A DNA stretch of 64,000 nt, from NCBI GenBank assembly GCA_965153455.1, contig OZ234493.1:806001-870000 (forward strand), read 5' to 3'. Positions 26,940 through 45,266 of the stretch are shown in pieces (within the stretch, counting starts at the first letter, position 1; each line of letters begins with the position of its first letter). The notes beneath the pieces are model-generated. The model worked only from the letters and a program-made list of their open reading frames with translations. It did not search any database and was not told where the DNA came from. A program made the position numbers and the translations under genes. The DNA comes from Sphagnum compactum. Lineage: Eukaryota.

Positions 26940-27075
26940 TTGGTGAATGGCTCAGTGGTATAGCCCCTGGGACCTCAAAGAAGGTTCTGGGTTCTCAAAA
27001 CCCATTGGGGTGCAGGTGAAAGCCTTGCCACTGAGCTTCACTTGGGGGTTGCCAACAGGTCGTCAATTAAGTCTG
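26940..27075 (+). mobile_element. Candidate tRNA-derived SINE remnant (boundaries approximate)
   Basis: A-box TGGCTCAGTGG at 26948-26958 and degenerate B-box gggttc(tc)aaaaccc at ~26989-27003, at tRNA-like spacing. No cloverleaf. Confidence 0.5.
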
Positions 27076-27492
27076 CTATTGTCTTCCAATTGTTTTTTAA
27101 TAACTGTGCTCTGCATCCAGGGCTTGTAAGCTATCACTGGATCTCAAGTTACTGTTCAATTTCTGCTGTCTAGCTCATCCCAATGTCCGCTAGCCAACAT
27201 CATGAATATGTCTTCCTTTTTGCTTCTGGAACTGTGATAGAAACGCAGGATGCCAAATGTTCCTTAATGATTACTGTATATTGATCTACACCCACCGGTG
27301 GGAGCAGATGAAGTCAGCAGGTTCTTCAATGTTTACATGTATGAATAAGTCAATTCTGCACATTGGAAATTGAGTAATTAAGCAGATTTTAACATCATCA
27401 TTAGAATTTGAATTTCAAAAAAATTACCACCTAGAAGGAAATATCAAATCATCTGAAAGCTAATACTAGTGTATTCAGCTTCAGGCAAGAAT

Positions 27493-27779
27493 CATTGTGT
27501 TTTTCTTTTTCAAATTTGTGAGATAAGAGAGTTGGCAATCATCCACAAGAGGACTTAGTCAAATTTGGTTACAGGTGACAGAGGAAAGCAAAAAAATTTA
27601 AGAATTGTCATATACTTTGGCTATATACTAGCCCATATTATCTAAACAAGGGAAGTTCAAAAGCATTTCCTGGAATTGTGACAACTTTGGGCCCCTTTTT
27701 TTTGTCTGAAAAGAGTACCTTCTGCAATAGCCTTTTTTTTGTTGCCAGGATTCAAAAATCACCAAAAATAGAAACACTG
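27493..27779. mobile_element. MITE-like element ending in AAACACTG, related to the 2140-2421 element
   Basis: T-rich left end, A-rich...cactg right end. The core ttagtcaaatttggtta is the reverse complement of the atttggctaaatc motif at ~2351 and ~36770. Confidence 0.5.
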
Positions 27780-28441
27780 AATACTAGGTCTTATTTGGAT
27801 AATTCTATATTTTCCATTAATTAATTTATTCATAACTTGCAACTTCAATTTGTCACAAGCCTCCTATCTATGATAGTTGAACTCCCAACTAGACATGGAT
27901 TATGGGTTCACAATGCAACCAAGATTCAAATGAAGGATTCTTCCCACATCATAAGCTTCACACCACAATCTAATCAAAATTTGCAATTAAAATCACAAAA
28001 AGCAAATCTCAATTAGTTGATTAACTTCATACCATTCTTCTCCACAAAGGCTCTTATTAATGGGTAACTAAACACACACATGTATATATATACCAATAGA
28101 CAAGAAGAAACAAATTGAAGCTGCTCCTGTGTACTTAGCACCATATTGTCTTTTCACGAATGGAAATTACTTGGCCATCTTTACTTGTACCTTGCCATCA
28201 TCAACACTTACTAGCATCTTGAACAGCAGCAGACTACTGCTGTACCAACATACCTAGGATACCAAGCTGTGCTAATACCTTAATACAGTTGGCTTGCCTT
28301 ACAGACTAGCAAGTCAGACGACCATCCTCTGCAAATAGTCATCAGAAAAAAATTGTCAATCTGAGTTTTCCTGGGAAAAAAAATCAGACCAAAATCATCT
28401 CCTTTTGACATACCAAGGAGATGATCAAGACAGCTGAAGTC

Positions 28442-31232
<2,791 letters not shown>

Positions 31233-31375
31233 TTAAGAACCTTATAACTCCTCAAACACACATACACGCAAAATCGATCGCTGCACAAACACTCTCTCTC
31301 CCTCTCGAGTCTCTCCTGTGTCGCTCCCTTTCTTCTTCTTTTCTTCCGGTTTCTTTGTCCCTAAGGGTTTCTGGA

Positions 31376-31384
31376 AACCCTAAA
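31376..31384. promoter_or_regulatory. Telo-box (AAACCCTAA) upstream of the proteasome alpha-6 gene
   Basis: ggaaaccctaaacc about 160 bp upstream of the ATG; a known plant housekeeping-gene promoter motif. Confidence 0.5.
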
Positions 31385-34300
31385 CCGGGTGACCCGCGAC
31401 TGACCCTATGTTATGAAGGTTGAACCCCCCCCGCCCCCCATGCTTGTGGCATTTGCCATTATTGTGACCTAATTTTACTGACAAAACCAATGGAAAATAT
31501 ACATTTAAGAATATAAAAAGGTAACAATTTATTATATTTCGATAGGTGTTTGTTTGTGTGATTTGCTCGTTTGGATGCGACTAGACTATAATTTTGTGAG
31601 GCAGGTTGAACTTATATGAAAAATCGAAAATTAGGCTAAACGTTTTTAATAAATAATCAATTTCAATTATCTATTTGTGCAACTCCAAACTTATACAATC
31701 CCAAGCAACGTCTTTTTATGGAATTTTTTTTGTCAGAAATTTTTTTTTCAAAGAAAAGTTGATGGTTTGGAAGTTTTTTTTCATCACTTTTTTAAAAAGA
31801 AAAAAATTAACCATATATAGACCTAGGTTTTACCTAGATCACAAAAGCTTTGATCCCAAGTTCTAAAATTTGTTATAAAATTTAATGTTTATACAATCTC
31901 CAACTTTGGGAGTGGGTAATGTGTATATGGAATTAGAACCAATTTTCAATTTAGGCTCAAACGTTCTTGAATTTGAAAAAAAAAAAAAAAGCCAAAACTG
32001 AGATCTCAAGGCTTCAATTTGCAAAAACCTGTGCTCAAACTTGCACCATGAAAACCTCCCAAAAAAATAAAAATTATGTGTCAACACCAAAACTGGAGGT
32101 TCTCTTTAAAATAAGAACTAGCTAACCCTAGTATATGCATATAGTCATTTGAGGCCAATGAACCAAAAATTGTTATTATTATTATTATTATTTAAGTCTT
32201 TAATTTTTTAATGTTAGCCCATTGGAATAGTATTGAGATGACGCCAATGAACCGAAACATATTGAATTTGAAATTACTATTACTATTATTATAATTTAAT
32301 TCATAAAATTTTCTGAAGTAGCCCATTGGAATAATACTGAGATAGATGAGTGACCTTCCAAAAGGTTTAATATTACTTGGGCCAATGGCATAGGAGCCCA
32401 CTAGTGATCCATGGAAATTCTCTATGACTTAAATTATGATTTAATTTTTGGGTTTGTAACTTTTGTTTTCTTTGTTTTTTTCCTTGAGAAAGCAATAGAA
32501 TGGGATTAGGTCAAAATCCATGGCATTCCCAATGACCTAATTTTTCCGAGCAATTTATGACCTAATTTTTCTTTAAAACCAAGAAATCAAAGAAGCTACG
32601 GATCATATGTGTCTTTGCAATGGTCGTTATATTGAGAAGTAAATAAGTACATGTAAAAATAAAATAATTAAAAAACCCCTTTAATAAGGCACTTTAATAA
32701 TCCTCAAACAACTCTTGGATTGGGAATGTATATTAGAGATACCCGCAAAAAATGTATGAAATGCTGAAACTCAGTACGAAATGCTGAATCTCAGCATTTA
32801 ATGCACCACAAGGTTCGAGAGGAATTATAGTAGCTGGACAGGTAAGGAGCATTGAAAATGTTTGTAGCAGCAGTGAAGACGCTCAGGAAAAAAGAAAGAC
32901 AGGGTGAAACTCAGGAACCATCAAAATTGATGGTTTTCTCAGTTTTTTTATCACCCCCCCTTGAATGCTAATGAACTTTTTTGCAGGTTTTTTTTTTGAA
33001 TCTCACCCGGTGTATGACCAAACTCAGGGTACTGGTGCTGTCTTTTCCTGACTTTATGGTTATCTCTATTGTTAGGAGGTTTCGAATAGACACTTTCTTG
33101 AATGCCTAATCATGCTTAAGGAATGAAAATTTTACAAGAAATTATGGCAACGCTTTGAAAACAAAATTGGATAACAGGTGGTTACCATGTAAGTAGGTAT
33201 AGATGGTTGGTACATAGGTCAGGATTAGTGGGTTGTTAGTAGGTTGGTAGTAAAAACAGAAACTGAGCTAACCACCGTGATTAGCTAACTGGAACCTGAT
33301 CCCGTTCACACACCACCATCTATCCATTCCTCAAGGTGGACTGGTGGCTATTTGTTTTCTTTGGCCCTTGGCAATCCCCATATTCGTCTTGCAAGCATCA
33401 TTTCAAAGGCTTTGTTGTGCTCAAGGATCTTGTGTTCTTTCTCTTTTCAGTAAAAGGTCTTCTAGCAAAACATCTGCACCTGCCATCCTGAATTTTGCAT
33501 GAGTATTTTTATGTGTATACATGGGGTAGACATACCTAGAAGTGCCCATTTTGCTTCTATGAGAAAGAAAAACCAAGGCTACCTACTTCCTCCATTTGTA
33601 TGTGAAGAAATGATCAGAATGTCAAGAAGCACGAACCTTGTTCGGTCACCTGAAAATGCTCAGACATGAATCTAGAACAAACAATCTACATGTGTGTACC
33701 TTTCCAAATGGAATCTACATCTCAGAGAAATTCTATTTGACTTTTGGAGCAGCCTCATGAATCATTTCTATGTTATTGCAGAGAAAGAAATCTCTGCAAC
33801 AACAACCATTTTAACAAAGCTGCTAGTTCCTATTTCTACAGGAAGAAAGGACAAGGAAGCCATTCCATTGCAGATGTGAAGAAAAAGAATATGTCACTTG
33901 ACAAGGATCCAGTCTTGTTGGTAAACCAAAAATGCGCAGAAAACATCATTGATCTAGATGCAACACTCTTATTTTCCAGAGGACATCATAACCCACCACA
34001 TAGCAATCTAGAAATTCAACTTTTGGAACAGCAACGTCAAGAGTTGTATCTCTATGAGATTGCAGAGAAATAATCTCCACTTGTACAACATTCGGAAGGT
34101 AACCCAACTTCGTATGAAGGTTATGAAGGTTACTAGTTACTACCAGCTTCAAGAATCCAGTAACCTGCATCCTATAGAAGCCAAAACATGAACAACACCA
34201 GATCACAGGCAAGCAGAATGCCAACAAAAAAATCTTAGGAGTTGTAATGCTCATCACCATGGTCAAACCTTCCACTGTCAACAATAGAAGTTAAATCCTA

Positions 34301-34791
34301 CAAGTGCTCTATAAACTGTTTCTTCACAAAAATTACAAGGTAGACCTAGTTTAGTAAGAACAATTGAATTACTCTTTTATTGTCGGAAACACGGTTTACA
34401 ATTTCTGCTTACAAAAGCAGAATCTGATTTTATACAAAACAGTGTCCTAGAAATTCATACAAACATGGGCTTTCCGAGTACCAGCTTGAGATCCAGCAGC
34501 ACAAGCAGCTCTTCAGATGATTTGCAGATGGCTGACTGAGAACGTGAAGGTCTTTGAGACGCTCAGTATCAACAAAGCATGTGATTCACTGATAGACACC
34601 CTGCTTGCAAGAACCACATAACTTCCTGCACTTGTAACTTCTTCCTGTTACAGCTCTGAAATTCTCCACCAGCTTGGTATTGTCTATCACCTTGTGAATT
34701 TTTGTACCAACGTTGAGATTTCACCAACAACAATATTTGCTTCATCTTTCCATCATGCTATACAGTCCAGAGAAAAGAGAAATTTCCATGT

Positions 34792-35096
34792 CTATGCCAC
34801 GATGACATACAGAGCATACAAGATGCCCGGAATGTAACCCAAGATCGTCAGGAGGAGACAGATCCAAAACTCCAGCTGCAAAGAGATGAAGAGCAAAAGA
34901 CACAAAGCAAACAACTTAGATATGGTTATATGTGCACATATTCCCAAATTTGATGAGCAGGGTTAAGCTTCTGATCAACAGCAATGAACGGAACTGGTCT
35001 TACCCCACAGGCGTACTTGAGGAACACGCCGAGAGGCGGCAAGAGAATGGCGATCAGAATCTCGCAGAAAGTAGCACCGGATTTTCCCTTCCCCAT
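34792..35096 (-). CDS. RCI2: PMP3/RCI2 (UPF0057) low-temperature/salt-responsive proteolipid, 58 aa; exons 35096-35004 and 34875-34792
   Basis: Spliced product MGKGKSGATFCEILIAILLPPLGVFLKYACG|LEFWICLLLTILGYIPGILYALYVIVA*. Not present as a single ORF in the ORF track. Confidence 0.95.
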
Positions 35097-35445
35097 TTGT
35101 GCGATGGATCTCTATCTCCCTCCCAAAACCACAAATTACAAGCCCAACAGTTTTCGCCGGAGCTTAGAAAGTCTTCGAAAGAAAAAACGAAAGAAAAAAG
35201 AGGCGGATGCTCAACAAAAGAAAATTGGGTGCTTAGAAAGAAGAAATAGGTGCTGAAAGACAAGAAATGGATGCTTTAAAAGCTTTAATCTGCGAGCGCT
35301 ATCTCGAACACCTTCGACAAACAACAACAATCGCAATAGTGAAGTCCAGTACCCTCGAGCTTTGGACGTTGCGCCAGACACAGTAGGGTCTCATGATCGA
35401 CGGCTAATATCGCTTTCCTCAGTCATTGAACAGTTCAACGCACGC

Positions 35446-35666
35446 CACGTGATGATGAACTTCGTCCCGATTGTGTGAGTTCCGTTCGAGGAGGAGGTTG
35501 ACGCACACACCATGGACGGGCCAGATCGAGTTGCTTCCATCTGACGGATGAGATGGTGACGGCTTGAAATATCCGACGGATCAGATCAAAGTGCTCGGGT
35601 GAATGACACCTGACGGTGAGTCTAGATACCCCCTTTCACACGACTTGTGATGGGCGAACACGTGTC
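35446..35666. promoter_or_regulatory. G-box/ABRE pair and a CCGAC (DRE/CRT core) upstream of RCI2
   Basis: gcCACGTG at 35446-35451, aCACGTGtc at 35659-35664, ccgac at ~35573, in a CpG-rich patch. Confidence 0.55.
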
Positions 35667-38169
35667 AGGCGATTGACCAATCGTTGTGAATTAGTAGCTA
35701 TCTGATGAGATGTTTTCTTTATATAGAGAAAAGACTATAGTCTAGAAAGGACCAAAAGTGACAGATCATGAGGAGTCCTTGAATAGTACTTTCTGCAATA
35801 ATTTCTAGTATCAAATTCACTCAGTTTCCACACAGACCCAAAAAAAATTTAAAAAAAAACTCATCTTTTCCAAAAAATAACTAATGACAATCTTTGAATG
35901 CATTTCAAAATACAATGTTAATTTTGTTTTAAATTCAATATTATTTTTTCAAAATAATTTTACAAAATGACAAAAAATTCATTACCCAAAAAAAAAATTC
36001 ACAACTACAAACAAACTATATGATTATGACCCGTGCATCCATTTTATAAGTTACTTACGTATTGTTACATTGTAAGTCATGCATATTCAACAGTCCCCCC
36101 CCCCCCCTCCCCCCATTTGGTGTGGTGTAAATCATTAGTTGTGAAACAATTACATGATTTTATTAAACTAGATTACATAATAATCATCAACAACAATTCC
36201 TTTTCATAATATTCACAAAAACCATTTGATTGAAAACATATTATAATCCACAAAGATGCAATTACACCGTTTTATAAATGTTCTAGTTTGCAAATACCCA
36301 ATTGAATACTATTAATTTAGTATTTTTTAATAATCATATGAATATAAATAGAGAGAAGACAAGACATGAATACCCCACATAGCCACTCTTTATTTGTGAA
36401 CTCCATAGTCAGTGAGTTTTCCCAGGGAGGAGTCACTTAAAGCACTTGCCCATGCATCTGGATTCTCCAAAGCTGGACCGAACAAACCTCTCTATTCCAA
36501 GGAAATATCTTTATGTGGGGACAACAAACACAAAAGATAAAAAAAGATAAGCCATAGTTTATGGTGCACCCATTTTTCAGCTTTTCATAGGGCTATTTGA
36601 TTACAGCATATAAATCTGACCCCACAAATTTCCATACTCTAAACTCACGGAGAATTCATTAATTCATACAAGGTTTCCAAAAAGTCTTTGACTAATAAAT
36701 GTAATAAGGTATTGGACACTTTAGATAGGATTCTGTTTTTATCCACTTTCATGTCTAGTGTATAGCCAAAATTTGGCTAAATCATTTTTTGGATGATCAT
36801 CACTTTGGTTCCATCACAAAATCCTTTAAAAAAATATTGTGTCCATCGTCCATGGTGCACTTGCGGTCGAGGTTAATCAGTGCAAAGAACAGAATAGAAT
36901 GCAAATGAACAACTTTGCCCTAGACATAATGGTGGACAAATCCTCTCTAGGAAACTTAGATAGGAAAATTTTATTTTCATTAAAAATATTTATTTTTCAT
37001 ATTTTCCATCCAGCATAAGCATCTGAATAAAAGGAAAGCATCTTTACCAACCCAACTCTCAACATCATTTCTCATCCTAGTGAGCTTTTAGGGCAAGGCT
37101 AATAGGCCGAGGCCTCAAGGTGAACTAGGTGCAGAATGTGCCTAGAGGGCACCTTCCCTGGCACAAAGGGATTTCTGAGGGCAGATTCCACTAAAAATAG
37201 TGTTTTGATTTCTTCAAAACCAGCACTTCCTTCAAAATAGGCAGTTTTTTTTTTTTCCTGGAAAGGCCATCTTCTACAATCTAAGAAGTCTGAAATGTGT
37301 GCAGAATCGGCCCTCCAAATCCTTTATGTCCTGATTGTGTATGACATAATAATGCATGGCATAACTTGTTTGAACTTTGGTCTGGTGTTGGGGTCCTTGA
37401 TTCATAAAGCACCTTTCTACCTTTGATGGACCATGCCCTCACATGGGATAGGGCATATCCTATTTGGTCTGCCTTGCACTAAAATGTTCGATTCCACATT
37501 GGTGGACTTGGGGTTTTTGGGATTTGCTTTGTTGCCTTTTCTCGTCAAGGTTGTCCAAGGTTGTTATTCTTTTGTTATCTAATGTAGATTCTCATGATGA
37601 ACCTACCTCCATGTGTCAAATTCAAAGGTTCTTTTATGCTTTGAAGGGCTTATTTTGTTTCAACATTTTGTATTGTGGTGAAATTTTGGAAAAGTGTGAC
37701 ATGGGAAGAAGATGTGTGAATGCCTAGCTTAGTTTTGGGTTTTTTTTTTAAAGGATTTTGCTAGATTGCAATGAAAGTGACAAGAGGGAGGCCATTCATC
37801 CAATGGAAAACATGGATCATTTGTTGCTTCAATTGATGGCTTAGACCATGTGATCACATTATCATCGTATCATGACAATATGAAAGCAAACACCATCACC
37901 ATTGCCATTACATTGTGGCAAGCTCCCTTGTCAATACCCACTTTGTTGTGTGTGCATTATAATTAAACTCCTTCACCATCTATTGCATATGTTTAGAAAA
38001 TTTTGTTACTCTCAACATAGTGTACACATCTACATATTATAGACTAGAGAGTCCAAACTCCAAATTTTAGACACCATCACTTTTAAGTTCAAACTAAATT
38101 AATTCCATCACTACCATTCTCACATTGTTTTAATTATGTTCAACTAATTTCATAATCACCTTGTGTTTT

Positions 38170-39230
38170 TGGAAGGTGCACACTACAATGTTGCATTGGA
38201 CTTTGAAGTTTGGTTGCACTAATGTTGGCATGAAGATGCATGAATTTTCAACGTTGAATGAGCTCCAAGTTTGGTGATTGGCCATTGATATTCATAACTA
38301 GATTCCAAACTTTATGCTTATTGTGTGCACCTTTGTTTTCCAATATTGCAAGGGAGCAACCAAGCTCATTTGGAAAAAGAAAGACCATGGTAGCTTTGAG
38401 TTGGGCTTTGCTTTTGCCATTAGAACGTTGTGACACACATGAAGAAAAGTTCAAAAAACACAATTTGACCTTGAACAAAATAAAATGACCATGAACTAAA
38501 AAAAAAACATGGAAAATAAATTTTGTGGGTGTGTAAGTTCACTTTTTAAATGATGATAATGGTGGTGAATTAAATGACTTGTGTTTTCATCACTACAATG
38601 TTGCAAGCTTGCAACACACATAAAAGCTGACTAAAAACATTTGAGTTGACCATGCACATCATGAATAGAAGAAAAAGACCATGAACCAAAATAAAATGAA
38701 AAATAAGGGGGCAAGCAAGCTCATTTTTTAAAAAAGACAAGTTAGCTTGAGAGTTGGGCTTTGTTATTGTTATTACAACCTTGTAGCACACATGAAGACA
38801 CATGAACAAAATTTAGCCTTGAAAAAAAAGATAACCATGAGCAAAAAAAAATCATGGAAAGAAAAACTTGGGGGTGAACAAGCTCAATTGAAAAAAAAGA
38901 TGATGGCAATGGTGAAAATGACGTGTTTCTTTTTGTCTTTGGAATGCTACAACACACATAAAAGATGATTGGGAACATTCAAGTTGACCATGCACGTTCA
39001 TAAATAAAAAGAGACCATCAATCAAAAGTTTAAAAACAACAAATGGGCAAGCAAGCTTACCTTTTAAAAATTGTTAGCCCATGAATTGGTGTTTTGCTCC
39101 ACCACTACAACCCTTCAATAAACATAAAAACAAACACAACCAAAGTTTGACCTTAAGCAAAAAAAAGATGATTGTGAACCCAAAAAAAAACATGGACAAA
39201 AAATCATTCACCTAAAAAAACTAATGACAA
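38170..39230. repeat. Degenerate AT-rich tandem repeats (~350-400-bp period)
   Basis: cactacaatgttgca (38180, 38591), caagctcattt, gagttgggctttg and agttgaccatgcac each recur. Confidence 0.6.
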
Positions 39231-40140
39231 CAACCTATGTTTTTGTTACAATCACTACTAGAAATTTTGTCATATGCAACCACACCCTTTGCAACTGGGA
39301 TGCAACTGCCTGTCGCATGCAACTATTTTTGCAACTATGCCCCCTTTTTGGGCGTGTATGCAACTACGGTGCAACTATGATCGCCTTCATCCCAACCTTT
39401 GGATGATATCTGTGATATATCACCGTATATATTTGATGTATCATCGTATATCATTGATATGCATATACTCATAGTTGCATGTGCAACCAAAATATGCTAA
39501 CTATGGTCTTTTGGTAAGCTAGGTCCACATTTTTTGTAGGCATGTCTAGGATTAGGGTTGCCTACAAAAGACAATCCCATTGATAAGGTTTAGGATATAG
39601 GTGAAAAATAACCTAATCTATTTTGCCACACCTAAAATAGTGTATCTATCTCCAACTTTTAGTAGCTTGCTCCACACACATTTAGAAGACAATTGACAAT
39701 TGAAGATATCAATTTTACTTACAATAGTTTATTATTTGATGAAGCAAAACAATGATTATGTGTATTCAACAAGAAGGTCCAATTAATCCCCTCAAGATTA
39801 CAATATGTGGGTTTGACATGTGGAAATAATCTATTTTATTCCAACAATTATGCAGTACAAGTGAGGGTCTCATGGCACATAGTCCATGTAACGCATGAGT
39901 TGCTTCCAAAGTCAGCCCGGATAGTCCTGATGGGTAGACATGTGACTAAAGCACACATCAGAAACCAAACATGAAAACACATGCTATTGTCCCCCTTAAC
40001 AACCATAACCAAACAATATGCAAACCCTGGAAAGGGTTACCCAAAGAATATCTCAAAATAAGAAGCTTTATCTGAACCCCAACTTCACTCAATACATAAT
40101 TTCTTGCTCATAAATGTTATTACAGCCAACTACAGACTGT

Positions 40141-42385
<2,245 letters not shown>

Positions 42386-42619
42386 ATGGAAACAGTAGTA
42401 ACAACTTCGAGTCCTTCAAGTCTCAAGTGCAGCAGCAAAAACGAAGCTGCAAATCTCAATGCGTCCATACAACAACAGTAGCAGCAAGAGCAGGAGAGCC
42501 ACAGCTACGACAACTGGGAGGAAGAGACAGCTATGAAGAAAAAGAAGCTCTTGGAGAAACAAACCCTGCCTTTCGAGGAGTTTTCGGCGGTTTCACACCG
42601 TCCATAGTCACATTTCCTT

Positions 42620-43375
42620 CCCTCTCTTCCCCAAAATTGTAAACATGACCAACACTTCCCTTGTGCAGCACAACCTCAAACGCTTCAGCCACAACTTCAC
42701 AGTACAGGTATCTTCGCACATTACATCCATCTCCATGGATGGGGAGGGGCTTCCCCTGGCCAAAAGAATGAATGTGGGAATGAGCTTCTCTTGGAATTGG
42801 TTTGGTCCATACACATTATTGCCTCGTCAGGCAACCCATATGAGCGGCCATATGCCATCATCGACATTTCGACACCAGCCTTGGTGGCTGAGTAGGGATT
42901 TGTGGGAAGGAGCTGCGATGCTTCATGGTTTCCAACAATTGCATCAGCCTCAGTCTTTCCATAGACCTCATCTGTGCTCACATGAATGAAGCGGTGGACA
43001 GTGCCTGTCACTTTGCATGCCTCCAGCAACACATGGGTCCCATAGATGTTGTTCTTTGTGAACTCAATACTGTTGCCAAATGAGTTGTCGACATGAGTTT
43101 GGGCGGCAAAGTGCATAATGGTGTCAATACCCTCAGTAATGAGAAGGTAGTTCACAAGATCTGCACTCCCAATGTCACCTTTCACAAACTTGAAATTCTT
43201 GGAGGACTTGGAGGGCAACAGATTCTTCAAGTTGGAGCAATAATCCAACTTGTCCAGCACCACGATCTCGTAATGTGGGTAGTTGCGCATCAGTCTGTTG
43301 GCAACATGAGATGCAATGAATCTTGTTGCACCAGTTATCAAGATGTTTTTGGGAGTGTATGTGGCTTCCCCCCTT
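42620..43375 (-). pseudogene. RHM: RHM (UDP-glucose 4,6-dehydratase / UDP-rhamnose synthase) N-terminal fragment
   Basis: YTPKNILITGATRFIASHV (NAD-binding GAAGFIA mutated), LDKLDYCSNLKNL, HFAAQTHVDNSFGNS, FIHVSTDEVYG, PTNPYSATKAG, YGPNQFQEKLIP, VLHKGSVGHVYN. Frameshifts, no in-frame ATG at the expected start (AAG), and the C-terminal part is absent. Confidence 0.92.
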
Positions 43376-45266
43376 ATGATGATGACCTCCGCTTCTGCAA
43401 ATCTGCCTGATATTATTTAGTAAGAAAAAATTATTCTCTATCAGAATTTTGTGGGCACAACACAAGGGTAACAACAAAGTTCGGTGGAGCCACAGACAGG
43501 AAACAGAGAGGAAGAGTGTAATTTGGACTCCCCTGCAAACAAGGAAGATCAAGACCAAGCTCTCTTTAGTCCTAGTATAATAACCTACAAGTACACCTGC
43601 TTTTTTCTGGTATTGTCTGTCATAGGGACCGAATGTGAGGGACAGCAAAGCGAGCAATATCTGCTGCTCACGATTGCTGATCCACAAGCTCCTCATTTCC
43701 AACTGAAGAGATTATGTGTCGTCATTATGAAAACAGAAAATTTCGAACAATCAAGATGTTCTGAGTGAGGCAAACATCATCAACTAAACAGTGTCAAATT
43801 TCACTGTAGCAACTGGGAACTTTGACCCAACTCATTACACTAAGGCAGATCTCAATTCAGTTGAGCACTTGAGGATAATATCATATATAATGCACGTGTT
43901 GAAATTAGAACTGATCAAACAGTTATCAGATGATTTCAATAAACAAGATCTCTCTATTCTGAAATGAACCTTTATTCATCAATGCTTAAATCCTCACGGT
44001 AAGAGATCTATACATGCTCCAGCCCTCCTAAAATCATGCTTGCTCAATTGATGGTATTCTGTGAGCTACTTGCATTTGCAAACGGAATGATCCAAATGTT
44101 CATTCAGTATAACATTAGTCCTCTTCCAACTGTGTATATGCCTGGAAGGCAACCACGTATATGAATGCAGCCTGTGCCAGAATATATCTCTAAATCCATA
44201 AAGTTCATCACAGCCCTGTTTCTATTGAGTTTCAGCTGTGAAGTGTCCTGACAATGCTGTAAAAGAAATTCCATCAATACTGCTCAACGTTGTTGCATCC
44301 AGCCTATGTGTCGCAGCCATGCTGTTGTTGGCTTCCCACCACCTTAGGCACCACAAATGGTGCCACAGAGTTATCCTACCTCATTACTTCATAGATTTCA
44401 AGTCTTGGATCTTTGGAAAGATTTTTTTTATGGCTACAGCACTCTTGCTGTATCTGATCAGCACCCACCAATCAGCACCAAATATCAAGCAAACATAAGT
44501 CCCTCTTGCATTGTGCACAAAACCCTGCTCGTTCAGCACTTGTCATTCATGAACCTTTGTAATGGAATTATCCTTATTGCTTATCAAGCACTTCAGGCAG
44601 TCATGATGAACATCACCACTTCCCCCAACTGCAACAGGTACCTAGACATTGAAAAAAAATACCAGTTAGCAACAACATAACCACATCATAGCAGTCACAT
44701 AGTGGCACAAGCACATCTTGTTATCCTCCACTGGCTCTTCAACCAATGTCTCTGATATCCCATAAGCCCCAGCTTCAAGAAAACCCTCAAGCTCAGATGA
44801 CCTTTTAGCTCAGCTCAGTTCAGCTCACACACCATGCGCTTTCCTTCTCACACAACACACAACAGACACACACACACAAACGCTAATCAACCCCATTCGC
44901 TAATCATTTGTGATTAGTAGCCTAATTAGGACCTTAATCAGGGCCTTAATTATTCTCTCTCTTGCCAAAGAGAGATTTGTGTTAAGCAAATAATACTGTA
45001 GTAAGATATTAATTTTTTACCACTAGGTGCAACCTGTCTACATTCAGAATCCAAAGGCGGTTAGCACATAAAGAGGATCTCCAAAGGATCTGCAATAGCT
45101 CTAGGAAGCCCATACCAAGAGAACGACTCATAAATATAAACCCTCTAAACATGGGAGCAGATCCTGTAGTGAGTGCCTACAAAGTCAGCTCAAGGACACT
45201 TACCTGTGTGCCTGTAGCTCTTGAAATACGTGTGGCAAGAGCTGCCAGATCCCCATAAGACACTAT

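Noticed and set aside
26948-27010. Functional tRNA gene
   Set aside because: The B-box is disrupted and I could not fold acceptor or anticodon stems; kept only as a SINE candidate.
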